From a virus, in the IMG/VR virus record IMGVR_UViG_3300045988_126281: DNA of 64,000 nt; one strand, written 5' to 3'. The notes below the pieces were generated by a model, which saw nothing but the letters and a program-made list of their open reading frames with translations, did no database searches and was not told the origin of the DNA. Positions 20,501 to 30,700 of the stretch are shown one piece after another (the first letter of the stretch is position 1; each line of letters opens with the position of its first letter). A program made the translations under genes and the position numbers.

Positions 20501-21288
20501 CGAGCTTCAATATAATTTTCACCAATTCTGCTTATAAGAGCCATAGAACCGACTTTAGCACCTTGTTTAATCTTAGTAGCAGTTCTAGCAACTTTATCTG
20601 TTACACCAACTGCTTTAAGTCCTTTAGCTGCTCCAATTGCAACTTTATTTCCGACTTTATTAAGTTTAGTAAGTTTTCCTAACCAAGAAGCTCCTTTAGC
20701 AATACTACCAGAAGGTATAAGCAAACTAAGAGTTGAACCCATAGACACAAGTCCGTTCATATACCAACCAAAATCATTAAAAGCAAAATTTTTATCAGGT
20801 TCTTTTCTATAAATTTCCCAATCTTCTCTAACAGCATCTTGAGCATTAGCAAGAGCCTCAGACAATGGATTTGTAAAATCATTATCTTTACTAAATCCAG
20901 CCAAATTAACGGCAGAATCAAATAAATCACTAAAGCCTCTAAAAGTACCTAAAAGAACTTCAGATATAACAAGTTGACCAGCAAATCTACCAAATTGTTC
21001 AAGAGCACTTTGATTTTTTGCACGTTCTTTATTTAAATCTTCTTCTGTAACTCCAATACCTGGAATAGCTCCATATTCAGTATATTTATCATAATCTTTT
21101 TCAGACATTCTAAAATCAGCATTAGTTTCAGCAGCAGAACCAGAAACTTTAGGAGCAGTAGTTATATGACTTATTTCTTCATTATTAGTAGCAGTTAAAG
21201 GAGAAGCTAAAAGCTCCTCCTTATCAATACCGTTAATTGTATCTTTACTACTACTATTATTTTTTAATCTTTCGAGAAGTGTAGGCAT
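14581..21288 (-). CDS. Large (2235 aa) virion/ejection protein; acidic Ser/Thr/Glu-rich N-terminal third
   Basis: Long ORF in the same operon as the giant RNAP-like gene. Size and position match the ejected cargo/RNAP-associated proteins of crAss-like phages. No specific motif recognised. Confidence 0.5.
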   Translation of the reverse strand: MPTLLERLKNNSSSKDTINGIDKEELLASPLTATNNEEISHITTAPKVSGSAAETNADFRMSEKDYDKYTEYGAIPGIGVTEEDLNKERAKNQSALEQFGRFAGQLVISEVLLGTFRGFSDLFDSAVNLAGFSKDNDFTNPLSEALANAQDAVREDWEIYRKEPDKNFAFNDFGWYMNGLVSMGSTLSLLIPSGSIAKGASWLGKLTKLNKVGNKVAIGAAKGLKAVGVTDKVARTATKIKQGAKVGSMALISRIGENYIEARDVYTSVLDSMNNELSNMSDNDYKTFIENNPQFAELSKEEIAKKIASEAGHNTYVNDMYLLAMDIPQFKAISNIWKGIENKALTGAVRKAQAESIINLAKKTGAVIDEKAVEKSLKNKFLKGLATDIKNPLNSWRVLELGEGIEEGWQGIQQQRGEELVNIYTDPNYTAKTAADYLTDGSIWDQAFWGVIGGIGFKIAGGGLGKFYNRLENNYKKKAGKITQEQYDALELGENVARVNDINNRFNLMNNYVEQMRQIAEHKNPFETKEGSNELADTISEEQENRLRKQATDNFVTDIAINAAENGNYDLLKEFVSSKEFNKYYEQEGIQIDSQLEQSLINTMDKVVERYNQNLFDFIDNTDIVNNDIARIAAKSLTRLQNKVDRIREEKNQLDIDSDIVSETELLNQSLDDIINENLIAIDRQITDLNSKRGKIDTNGRALSEAGYQSRLKELNEAKEGLLNLAAQNTIGDFQTYIKDSGIKINQETIDEIQIKFEELYKPKVFEAGTYTNEQLRKAFARANLYVDDAIYSSWIPKGKKELQKYFEDIESQVVTNAASRYGDSLNRVIDYIDRAEDTEKAINDLLNDTNISRRLHNDMLTLKIGANNRETINSLFDMAIQAKLDRQAQNEANENRVENDGIETDSSTGRTDESVLTVSTTSEETKTPPIEVNVLKTTPISSPVKEEQSDEVIDNTSESIEYVSEENQIATEPVIDENEVESRPTAEEEKVLTEEAEMFGNTKLDIKEAAYQSSFNILIKHKELYENLLNYPNDNVARQSFIDAIISDLVSQGYDKAEAEIEAPIALSRTMYYIQQRAESVNSKAANKVIPALKQIIANLETIIHQGNLDVTSNRNFSRFDEINDEDSIKKLIEDTFKEYLNTVGRNHIIKNGKELTVIDMKDVINYFYQQMRKNETDVAKQITLDDFLTVLEGLRKIARFQFTIGENVKTKISFAHTESLGYSFRNIEYLNNSTSKILDDLYNAATSVEISENSLHIQVGQNATKSPTTIKKSIGQKIFVKKTERWVGAKKDPASLSFVDEEGNEIGFIDTVNRSADGNTYRRKGEYGFRPEVTKTKEGIESNIDGFIYELIQRSNKDYQKLFDFIANPNTYLQGDALYDYCLELLNSPIIKPFIEDGTFGVLDINTKNKSPQGKNELINKVKKRIISPLNGIIFYNYRSQNNKVSLDKESLYLSYYNYIQSVWNNYNRTYDLQTQLEDNGKVDYEITLQSLDSSELEWLYDSSKQNDIGNLGLGKAVREKSLNGKTRHPVIMFTNITEGVDENGNHYNNPATFMPGSYGMVLENKNGSPIVALFNGTNKVAQSKELYKGVYNELTKIINDYFAKKNKSSIDFDNLYNQLSSIFSYGSNSIFKGIIISKDSTGVHLLRQYKNKQDIVKYERIITFKKFADVTYDAKKKELVNSKGKIVLPQDEIYYYTNQIIFYGKNKKINARNKNESVSTGLNIVEEIIAENLEFNMANFAFKDIGTNKQLSQYVTRNANGSIQVNIGGFNHLYESYSDFLVSNNAVTTSHMRRGSQGTVAKPYNFNSLFVKLEKITPPKINESHLQQSKTTAEKIVEVKQKKSITSNELLDTFKDELNSIGIDLDKIKKLNQKFADARFDGGFIPNEVLIKPRSNVYGGYITKGKKEEKGKIFIGKLGLDQIQNKPKNLLRELIHEQMHRVTDKTDFFKDKGKVISLVNTFNEFKKSLETYDGAYAEILRNFADNFNKTYTTDIQIAKEWVSEVFSQSVLMQYLNTIPVGKETAIEYKEEHKSLLQKIIDAILDIFGIDKSKNNTIFTEIYNILGDDTGSTLDFTSSIQQEEDISSLPVEELAEESTDTIREDNEIKEESNTIQDNTEKQQEEQSDIDDFLSGFTDEELTSEDESTTDETDDSDITDNPFTIKDDEDFSMFDELTDSNDIAAEVYAANPNVSLNGISRISTMGDYVNRFEVADRHLIQSQIDSNELNFRCR
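15006..15018 (-). repeat. 17-nt motif copy (CTGCCCGTAGAGGAATT, minus-sense) in the 2235-aa gene
   Basis: + strand cctctacgggcag. Encodes SLPVEEL. Confidence 0.8.
18557..18569 (+). repeat. 17-nt motif copy (CTGCCCGTAGAGGAATC) in the 2235-aa gene
   Basis: Encodes DSSTGRT on the coding strand. Confidence 0.8.
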
Positions 21289-21291
21289 AAT

Positions 21292-24009
21292 TTATTTAAT
21301 ACCAAATAATTGTTTATATCCATTGACTTCTTCTTCGGTAGGAATTTCTCCATTAATAGAAATTGCTTCTGCAATAATATCATCAATATTTTTAATTCCA
21401 CCAAAGATAATTATATTTTTAGCAATATAATCTTGTATAGCTCCTAATCTAATAGAATCAGAACTATTTCTAGAATCTTTAAGTTGACTATAAGTAGCTC
21501 TTAAAGCAATAGCATTCTCCATACTTACATCACCATATTTTTGATTATTTTTGTCTATAATAGAAAAAGTATTATTTTGATTAGGAATAAGCATAAAATT
21601 TTGGTCTCCACTATTATCATAATCAAACATATAACCGATACTTAAAGCCTTTTCCCCATTATTATTAGCCATAATAAGTTCATTTTCTGCAATAGAACTA
21701 TAACTATTATTAAGAGCTTTATAAACAGGGTCATCTTCTCCGCCTCTAATAGTAAAACGATAAGATGTAACTTTATCTTTATTTTTCTCAGTTATTGTAT
21801 AAAGATGATTATATTTCCCAGCAGCAAATTGAGTATTAGCTTCAAATGTCTTATTAGAATCATTGCCGTTATATGTCTGAATAAAATCTTGAATTTCTTT
21901 AAGTTTTTTACGAGAAGGTTTAACAAATTTATTTTGTTCAGAATCAAATATCTCAACATTAGTATTAGTTAGACCAATATCTCTTAAAGCACCAAAAATT
22001 CTTTCATCTTCCGATTTTATAACTTTATTTGCAAAAGTAAGAGCATTTGTATCTCCTGCATCAATAGCAGCTCTTTCAGTAGCATATCCACTAACTTGAA
22101 AACTTGTGCCGCCTTTGATATTTTTAGTAGGATAAATAAAGTTATCTTTTTGAACATAAGGAGCAATTTTCTTTTCAGCAGAATTTAAGTTAGTATCTTT
22201 AGCTATATCTTGAGGACTAATACTTATGAAATTACCATTAACAGGGTCTCTTTGTCCGGCAAGTTCATAATTTCCATCATCATTCCAATATACATTATGC
22301 TTTTTAGAAATGTCAAATAAATTTCCAAACCAATTACTTCCTTGAACTTGTTTAACAGCACTAAATAGTTCTCTTGCTTTATATTTTTTATCAGCAGGAA
22401 TATTTATATATTTTCTTCCATTATTGTCAACAGTAATTTCATAACCTTGCCTTTCAAGAGCTTTTTCTCCTTCTCCATTACTAAGAATATTTACGACAGC
22501 ATTAAATTCAGCTTCTTTTTTAGTTCCAAATGCAAGATTTTTATGATTGCCGAAAGCATTGGCATAAATTGCATTTTGTTTATCAGCAATAGCTTTAGCT
22601 TTTTCATTATCTCCATATACAGATTCATCTAAAGGTAAATTATTTTTAATAGCATCATAAACTCTAAGTATTGCTTCAGTATCTTCATTATCAATATTAG
22701 CAGAAATAATTTCTTGAGTTTTCATTACATCAGCAAAATCCATTTTTGCTTGATTGAGTCTACCGATAGCACGATTTCTTTCTTTAGATTCTGGTCGACT
22801 TTGAAGATATTTAAGAGCTTCATCTATATTTTTACCATTATATTTTCCATCTGCAAAAGAAGCATCTCCGGTAGCTTCAGTAAGAGCATCTTTAACAATA
22901 GCATCTAACTGAGAACTACGAACTATATTATCAGGACGAGAAGTATCTTTAAGAACAATATTCCCTCCTTGATAATCAGGGGCATTTTGAACATCTTGAA
23001 TCAAACTTATAATTTCATTTCCTCCACCAGAAGCAATAGCTTTTTGTTTTTCAATATTAGAAGCCATTATTTTATTAAGAATAGTATCATTATAATTATT
23101 TTTTGAAACTGTTTTATTATAAGCAGCCGCTCTAGCAAAAGGAGCTATTTTATCTTCAAGATATTGAGTAAAAGTTTTTTGACTTCCGTCTTGATTAAGA
23201 TAACCAGAAGTAGCTTCTTTATTATCATATTTCCATTTTTCAACATCATAATCTTGATGAAGACTAGCAGCAATTGCAGGATTAGCGTTCATAACAGTTG
23301 TAACAGCAGTTTTAATCTTATCTTCAGAAAGTTTTTCCCAAGATTGAGTAAGAGTATTATATCTTGCTACTGAACCTCCAGGAGTATATTTAGAAGTAAC
23401 ATTACCATTGGCATCAACAAACTGAGTTCTTTCATAACTACCTTGGTCTGGTTTGATATATTGTAAAGCTCTTGTAAATATATCATTTAAATCATAAGAT
23501 TTAACTGGACTAAATGTAGGTTTCCATTCAGTTCCTCCAATAACATTTCCTTTATCATCAAGTTTATCTTGATAATAATATGGATTCATAGCTTTACTAT
23601 ATCTTTTAACATCATCAGAAATATCATTACGAGCATCAACTTTAGCATTATAAGTAGAATATTCTTGTTGAGCTTTAATTCTTCCAAGAACTCCTGGATT
23701 AGAACTTATATCTCCAGATTGTTTAACTATATCGTCAAGAGCTGCATATGAATTACCATATAAAGTATTATCTTCAATAGTTTTATTTATACTATTAAGA
23801 AGTGCTTGCTTATAACCATCTTCCGCAGCATTCATTGGAAGATTAGCAATAGCAGTTTTAAGTTTACTTGCAGTATCAATAGCTTGCTGATGACCTTGTT
23901 CCATAGTTGAATACCCTTTTGCCATAACATCAAGAGTATAACTTGGCTGAATAGGTCTGTTTTGAAGTTTATATGTAAGCATATTATTTATTCTTTCTAA
24001 ATCTACCAA
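21292..24009 (-). CDS. Large (905 aa) structural/tail-associated protein
   Basis: Long ORF translationally coupled to its neighbours (4-nt gap downstream, 26-nt overlap upstream). Function not recognisable. Confidence 0.45.
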   Translation of the reverse strand: MVDLERINNMLTYKLQNRPIQPSYTLDVMAKGYSTMEQGHQQAIDTASKLKTAIANLPMNAAEDGYKQALLNSINKTIEDNTLYGNSYAALDDIVKQSGDISSNPGVLGRIKAQQEYSTYNAKVDARNDISDDVKRYSKAMNPYYYQDKLDDKGNVIGGTEWKPTFSPVKSYDLNDIFTRALQYIKPDQGSYERTQFVDANGNVTSKYTPGGSVARYNTLTQSWEKLSEDKIKTAVTTVMNANPAIAASLHQDYDVEKWKYDNKEATSGYLNQDGSQKTFTQYLEDKIAPFARAAAYNKTVSKNNYNDTILNKIMASNIEKQKAIASGGGNEIISLIQDVQNAPDYQGGNIVLKDTSRPDNIVRSSQLDAIVKDALTEATGDASFADGKYNGKNIDEALKYLQSRPESKERNRAIGRLNQAKMDFADVMKTQEIISANIDNEDTEAILRVYDAIKNNLPLDESVYGDNEKAKAIADKQNAIYANAFGNHKNLAFGTKKEAEFNAVVNILSNGEGEKALERQGYEITVDNNGRKYINIPADKKYKARELFSAVKQVQGSNWFGNLFDISKKHNVYWNDDGNYELAGQRDPVNGNFISISPQDIAKDTNLNSAEKKIAPYVQKDNFIYPTKNIKGGTSFQVSGYATERAAIDAGDTNALTFANKVIKSEDERIFGALRDIGLTNTNVEIFDSEQNKFVKPSRKKLKEIQDFIQTYNGNDSNKTFEANTQFAAGKYNHLYTITEKNKDKVTSYRFTIRGGEDDPVYKALNNSYSSIAENELIMANNNGEKALSIGYMFDYDNSGDQNFMLIPNQNNTFSIIDKNNQKYGDVSMENAIALRATYSQLKDSRNSSDSIRLGAIQDYIAKNIIIFGGIKNIDDIIAEAISINGEIPTEEEVNGYKQLFGIK

Positions 24010-27000
24010 AATTAAAACTTAAAGGACGATAACCAAACTGTCTTGCAAGTTTAGGAAGTTCATTATCCATATAGGAAATTGCATTAGGATTAGAAGCAGC
24101 AATCACTGCTCTATCAAGAGCTTCTCTATTTCTTGTTTCTCGTCTATCAAAATAATCTCCAACAACTCCAGCAACATTTTGCGCAAGACTAACTTTGTTT
24201 TCAGCATTAAGCTCTGCAAGTTTATTATCCATTTCGGCTTTCCGTCTAAGATAATCATTAACAAGCTGAGTATTTTGTTGAGAAGTTCTTTGAGCATTAA
24301 GAATATCTTGATTAATTAATTGAGTTTCAATATTCTCTTTTTGCCCATAAAGTTCATTAGTATTTCTTATACCAATATTTCTATATTGTTGCCTTCTTGC
24401 TAAATCAGTTCGAGAACTTGCAGTATTATGTTTACTTTCGTCAATCATAGCATTAACTTGCTCACGAGTAGAATCAAGTTGAGGATTAATGTTATAATTA
24501 GTTTTAAGTTTATATCTTTGATAAGGAACATAATTATTAACTTTCATTCTATCAATCATATCTTTATTAATCTTATAAGAAGCAATAGAACCAACTAAAT
24601 CAGCAGTACCTCTAATTAAATCAGAACCAATACTAAAACCAGAAGCAGCTTTAGGTTGCCTGCCCGTAGAGGAATTGATAGTTCCTATTGCATTTTGTTT
24701 TGTAACATCTTCTGCAATATTAGTAGGAATACTATTATTTTTATAAATAATATTTCCTGGTTGAATTTGCATAAATCCAATAGGAAATTTAGGTAAAACT
24801 GCAATTTTATCTTCAGTACCTAATCTAGCTTGTTTTACTTTTCCATAATAATCATATTTTGCTTTAGAAGTATCTCCCCAAGCATAACTTTTATTTGGAA
24901 GTTGTCTTATATCAGCACTGTCTACAACAATATTATATGAAGATTTAGCAAGTTTTCCAGCTGAACTAGGAAGTGCTTTTCCGATTATATTAGAAATTAA
25001 ATTTATATCTTGTTGATTAGCATAAGATTTATTATTTTTATCTTTATCAATTGTATATTTTGTATAAATTGGCTGTGGAATTTCAGAACTTTTATTAATA
25101 ATAATTGGTTTTACAACTGTTTCTTTAGAAATAGGTTTTACAGGATTATTAATTATATTTTCAATTTCTGCTTTTCTATAAGAAGCATAATCTTTATATT
25201 CATCTGATTTAGGAGTATTTTGTTTACTTTTTCTAAAAGTTTCTTGAATTTTACGTTTATTATCTGAAGTTTTTAATTCAGGAACATTAATAATAGAAGG
25301 AGCTAAATCCATTTGAATATCAGGAACTGAAATACTAGAATCTTCTATTTTAAGATTATTAATATATTTATCGTTTATTTTAGAAATTCTATTTAAAGTT
25401 CTTTGTAAAGATTTGCTTATAGGAATTTCTTTTTTAGTATAGGTAATACCTTGTTTAAAAGTAGTATTAGGATTTTCTATTTTATTAACTTTATGAATAA
25501 GTTTTGTTCCTCTAAGTTTTCTAGGAATAAATTCTTCATCAAGAGTATTATACATTCTACCAAACCAACCATTTGGTGTAGAAATATATTTTATATTTCC
25601 TTTATCGTCAACAGCAAGTGGCCCATATTCACCGGTAATAGGAGCTTTAGTAGAACCTCCAATTTGATTAGTATAGCCTTGAATAAGTTGTTCTTGATTA
25701 TTTCTAAGATAATCTTCAAAATCTAAATTAGATTCTTTAATATCATTATCAATTTGTTTAGAATTTTCTTCTAAAAGTTTAGAAATATAATCATTAATAT
25801 TAAAAGTATTGTTTCCACCAAGAGCATTTCTTCTAAATTTAGCGATTTTAGGACTTTTATTGTTAATCATAATAGGAGTTTGTCTAATAACTTTTTTTCT
25901 ATTTTCTTCTTTTCTATTCTCTTTAATATCTTTCATAAGATTAGCTGTATAATTCATTGCAGCAATGGTACTAGGTGATAAAGCAGTTACAATAGATGGT
26001 TGAAGATTAAGGCTTTCAATTTGCATATCCTCAACTTTAGTACCAAGATTAGCTTTTTTAAGACTTGGATATTTAGCATAAACTTTAGTTTTAACATCAT
26101 TTCTTCCATGAAGTTCTGCAAGTCTTAAAGCATCAATAGCATCAGCTTTTGTAGGAATAGGATAACTTCTATTTCCTCCAGCAAAATAAGAAGAATTTAC
26201 ATTAGGATAAGGTTTTCTTTTAGAACCATAATCTTGTTTTCTACTTAAGCCTCCAATACGTTTAATATTATATTTTTTACCATTTTCTTGAATCCATTTT
26301 TGAACATCAGGACTAGATATAGCTTTATTACCAGCGGCTCTGACATCATTAGAATGATTTTTATCATCAGGATTATAAAGACCTCTTTTATACATAGTAA
26401 AACCGTGTTGAAGAGGAGATTCAATATTGATTAAATCATTGTTTTTACTTCCCTTATAACCTTTATTATGATATTCATAATCATTAATAAGATATTCAGC
26501 AGGAATACCACCATAATTTCTTGCATAAGACATATTAAAATGAGCTCTAACTTTATCTTTATCCATACCAGCAGGAACAGCAATAGTAGGCATAGCTCCA
26601 CCATGAGTTTCTTGAACAGCAAGCCCTAATGCTTCATTAAAAGGAATTTTAGCTTTATTTGCATTTACAGCAATAGAATCAAGCATATTAGAAGACATTC
26701 TTCCAGCACCGCGAACTTTTATTTCTTTATCATAAAGATATGGTATATAATATTTTTTACTATTAGAAGTAGACCCGTGCTTACTTATAGTTTTATTTAC
26801 ATAATCTTCATATCCACCACTAACTTCTTTAGTAGGACTATCATTTTGTTTAACTCTACTAAAACGTCCAAGTCTAGCACTAGTTCCGTCATCTTTAAGA
26901 TGATTTTTATCTTTAAATTTTTCTTGAGCATTAAAAACATCTTCAGGATTAATTCCTTTAATAACTAATTCAGCAGGACTATTTCCATTAAGAATAGGTT

Positions 27001-27202
27001 TAGCACTAAACACTTTAACAGACTTTTTATTAGTTTTAAGAACTTCACCGTTTTCTACTTCAAGACCTCTTTTAGTATTACCAATATCAATGCCTCCTTG
27101 TTCGTGAGTTCTACCAATCATTAAATACATATTATTTCCTAATGGAGTGGCTATACCGCCAGCTACAACATTAGGTATATTTGTTCTTTTAGATTTAGAC
27201 AT
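23984..27202 (-). CDS. Large (1072 aa) structural/tail protein
   Basis: Long ORF with the conserved promoter-like element E immediately upstream. Function unknown. Confidence 0.45.
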   Translation of the reverse strand: MSKSKRTNIPNVVAGGIATPLGNNMYLMIGRTHEQGGIDIGNTKRGLEVENGEVLKTNKKSVKVFSAKPILNGNSPAELVIKGINPEDVFNAQEKFKDKNHLKDDGTSARLGRFSRVKQNDSPTKEVSGGYEDYVNKTISKHGSTSNSKKYYIPYLYDKEIKVRGAGRMSSNMLDSIAVNANKAKIPFNEALGLAVQETHGGAMPTIAVPAGMDKDKVRAHFNMSYARNYGGIPAEYLINDYEYHNKGYKGSKNNDLINIESPLQHGFTMYKRGLYNPDDKNHSNDVRAAGNKAISSPDVQKWIQENGKKYNIKRIGGLSRKQDYGSKRKPYPNVNSSYFAGGNRSYPIPTKADAIDALRLAELHGRNDVKTKVYAKYPSLKKANLGTKVEDMQIESLNLQPSIVTALSPSTIAAMNYTANLMKDIKENRKEENRKKVIRQTPIMINNKSPKIAKFRRNALGGNNTFNINDYISKLLEENSKQIDNDIKESNLDFEDYLRNNQEQLIQGYTNQIGGSTKAPITGEYGPLAVDDKGNIKYISTPNGWFGRMYNTLDEEFIPRKLRGTKLIHKVNKIENPNTTFKQGITYTKKEIPISKSLQRTLNRISKINDKYINNLKIEDSSISVPDIQMDLAPSIINVPELKTSDNKRKIQETFRKSKQNTPKSDEYKDYASYRKAEIENIINNPVKPISKETVVKPIIINKSSEIPQPIYTKYTIDKDKNNKSYANQQDINLISNIIGKALPSSAGKLAKSSYNIVVDSADIRQLPNKSYAWGDTSKAKYDYYGKVKQARLGTEDKIAVLPKFPIGFMQIQPGNIIYKNNSIPTNIAEDVTKQNAIGTINSSTGRQPKAASGFSIGSDLIRGTADLVGSIASYKINKDMIDRMKVNNYVPYQRYKLKTNYNINPQLDSTREQVNAMIDESKHNTASSRTDLARRQQYRNIGIRNTNELYGQKENIETQLINQDILNAQRTSQQNTQLVNDYLRRKAEMDNKLAELNAENKVSLAQNVAGVVGDYFDRRETRNREALDRAVIAASNPNAISYMDNELPKLARQFGYRPLSFNFGRFRKNK
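24660..24672 (+). repeat. 17-nt motif copy (CTGCCCGTAGAGGAATT) in the 1072-aa gene
   Basis: Encodes NSSTGRQ on the coding strand. Confidence 0.8.
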
Positions 27203-27249
27203 TAAAATTAAAAATTTTTATATATTTTACTCGATTTTTAGGCTCTGTG
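27203..27249 (-). promoter_or_regulatory. Conserved late promoter-like element, copy E (upstream of the 1072-aa gene)
   Basis: Minus-sense CACAGAGCCTAAAAATCGAGTAAAATATATAAAAATTTTTAATTTTA directly abutting the ATG. The 5' half is conserved and the 3' half diverged. Part of a 10-bp inverted repeat ttaggctctg/cagagcctaa. Confidence 0.4.
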
Positions 27250-27335
27250 AGCTTAATTTGTATTGTGTATGAGTAATCTATCATAATCAAACTAAAACTT
27301 AATCAGAGCCTAAACAAATAGCCAACAAACCGAAA

Positions 27336-27710
27336 TTAACGCATTAAATAGCCGCCAAGTTTATACATTTGGATTCGGTCAAAATATTCTTTATTAGCAT
27401 CTCTTTTAGCATTAATACCACCAAGAACTTTTCTTTTACCTCCACATCTCATTTGAGAAGTATTTTGAGTAGGAATAATAATTTTATTTTGATAGTTAGC
27501 AATATAATCACGATTGCTAAGATTGGCTTGAATATTTTGTTGTTGCTGAATAGCATTTTGCTGATTTTGAGCTTCATTTTGATTTGCTATTTGGCGTTCA
27601 GCATTTTTCTTATTAGAATAAATGCTAACACCTGTTCCAATAGCAGAAGCTAAAGCACTAATAATACTACCAATTGCAAGTGCTCCTAAAGCACACTTTT
27701 TTCTTTTCAT
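27336..27710 (-). CDS. Small membrane-anchored Gln/Asn-rich protein (124 aa)
   Basis: N-terminal hydrophobic helix (ALGALAIGSIISALASAIGTGV) followed by a Q/N-rich tract. Overlaps the upstream gene by 4 nt. Confidence 0.4.
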   Translation of the reverse strand: MKRKKCALGALAIGSIISALASAIGTGVSIYSNKKNAERQIANQNEAQNQQNAIQQQQNIQANLSNRDYIANYQNKIIIPTQNTSQMRCGGKRKVLGGINAKRDANKEYFDRIQMYKLGGYLMR

Positions 27711-30700
27711 AATTTTTTATCTTTAGTTACGTTATATTTTAAATCTTCAAACTCAACACGTCTTTCAGAATCACTAAAAGTAAATGAAGCAATAAAATAA
27801 TTTCCATAAAGTCGAGACATTATATCTCCATAAATTTGTTTCCCATTGTGTTGAGAACCTTTATTCCTAAGATAACTAAAATTCCAATTATCTAAATCCC
27901 AATAAGGTTTTTTATAATTATCAAAAGCATTTTTAGCTTTTTCAGTATCAATCTTTATATCAATAACGCCAGTATCAACGTTATGATTAAATACTCTTAA
28001 TGTATCACCAGAATAAGGAAGTTTCAATCCCTCTACGGGCAGTTGAATATAATCTTCATTAGACTTATCTATTTTATAAAGTTTGTATGTAAGATATTCA
28101 AGATATTTAACTGTGTCATAAATAGTAAAACTACCTTTATCTGTAATATAAGCTCCTAATATAAGTATATCGATTTGAGAATTGTTAATTAATTGTTTAG
28201 TATAATTTTCAAAATTATTATAAGAAGTATTAGTAAGATTAAAATAATCAATATTAAAAATAGATTTAAGTTGATTGTCTTTCCTGCCTGTAAAGAAATA
28301 TAGTTTGTTTTTAGTATTAATACCTTCTTCAAATATATAATCATGGAAAGAAATATAATTACCAAGTTTATAATTAAAGCTTATAATTTTATTATCTTGC
28401 TTAGTAATATCTTGATAATCAAATCTAATAAGAAGTCTATTACTTATTTTATCATTAGCAAATCTAACTCTATTGGGTTTATATTTATTAAGCCATTGAA
28501 TAATATCATTATCAAGATTATTAATTTTTCCTTGACCAAATTGATATAATCTATGAGCATCATTATCATAAAAAATATAACCAAAATCATCAGCAATCCA
28601 AGCTCTATCATCTTGTAATCCACAAATACCCAAAGTAGAAGTAAATACTTCTTTATAGTCAATATCAAATATATCAGGCATTGCAAGTTGAACATCTTTA
28701 TCTTGTGTTTTCATAGTATTGTCTCTATTAAACATAAACAAAGAATGTTCAGTATGAACAAGAAGAGTAGTACCCATTGCAAGAAGATTAGTAATATTTC
28801 CTTTATTTTCTGTAATATCTTTATATCCTTCTAAAGGAAAAATTCTCCAAGCATTTTCATTGCTTTCATCTTGAATAACATTGCTCCTATAAATACGTTT
28901 ATTATAAACATTAAGATAAGAAATATTTTTATCATAATTAGTATAAGTTTTAGGATTACTTATATCTTGATTATAATATTTTTCTTTAAATAAATCAACA
29001 GTATCAGAAGGTTCTACAATACACCCATTTCCAAAAATAAAAGTTTGATTTTCTTCAGTTTCACTTGCTTCACTAAGTTGTGTAACACAAACTTTAGGAG
29101 GATTTTTAAAAGATTTAGCTTCAAGCATTTTATCTTTATAAACAGCAAGTTGAAGATAAGCAGCAGGGTGAGAATATTTAAAAAGATTATCATCTAATTG
29201 AAAATTACTTCCAAAAGCCCAAGTAGGATAATAAGCATTATATGAATAGTTAAGAATAACATTTTTGCCAGAATCAAATATAAATTTATTCCAATTATAA
29301 ATTAAAAAATCATTATATGTTGAATGCCCATTAAGACCTTCTTTAAATTCTTTAACTTTACCTTCAGTAAAATATTCAATATTAGTAAATTTAATAAGAT
29401 TCTTATTTTCATTAACATAAAGTTCAGTAGTATCATTAAGAAGACTTGCTTTATATATAATATATTCTCCATTAGGAAAAAGTTCTTTGATTGTAGAAGT
29501 TGGTAAAGTAATTTCAAGACAAGTCCCTAAACCGTTTTGACCTTCGGTGGCATCTCCTGCAACTTTAATATTATATTTACTAATAGGAATTTCAATATTA
29601 ACAGAAGTTCCGCCTTTTTCAGGAATATTAAGATTATAAGCAAATTTAGCATTAACTACAGCTGGGTTAATAATAAAAATATCTGTTACTCCAACGTCAA
29701 TATCTCCATAAACCCAATCTTGAACATCAAAACAATTTTTCTTTTCAAGTCTAAGTTTGTTATATTTAAGTTCAAGATTATCAGTAATATCAAATTCACT
29801 ACTATAAAATTTAACAGTAGTTAAATTATCAGAATCAATAGCATTATAATTTTCATTTCTAACAATAGTTTTATTAGTATAAACAGTTGAAGCAACTTTA
29901 GTAGCTTTTTGTTCTTTATTATAAAAATCAAATTTAGTAAGAACTCCAGTAGTTTTACAAGTGCTTTCAAATTGTTCATATGTAAGAAAATATCCTACAT
30001 ATTCATTAGGAATATAAGTATTTCCAAAATCAATTTGAAGAGTAAGTCTATGTTTAATAATATTATCTTTAAAATTACTTAATTCAATATAAGGAACTTT
30101 AAATAAAGCATCTCCATTTTTATTAATGACTAAATTAAAATTACCTTGACCATTATTAGGCAATTTATATCCTCTTGAAACTTCTCCATATTTATTTACA
30201 AAATGAATATAAAAAGCATAGGTCTCACCAGGAATAAGAGTAGTTTCTTTTTTACGTCTATTATAAGAATTATTTGTATTAATAAAATCAAATGAAGTTA
30301 AAGAAGAAACATCTGGAGATATTTCTCCATTTTCTTTAAAATTATTAATACTAACAGTTAATTGAACTTCACTTGGAACATTAAGAGCTGTTAAACCACG
30401 GGCATGCCAATATTGAACTCCATTATAAATTCCATCAATATCGTATTGCATATATCCACCGCCTTGACTTCCATATCCATTTCTAGTCCAATTTAAAGTA
30501 ATGTTTCCAATAAGTTCATTATTACTATTATAAAGATGAGCAGTTTCAGTTTCAGTACTTCCTTGATTAAACAAACTTGTTTTAAAAATTAAAGTAGTAG
30601 CATTTAAATTAATTTTACCAAAATGGTCTGATTTAATATAACTAGGTTTAGTATTTGTGTCAACTGTATTACTTCTTTTAATTATTCTATTAGTATTATT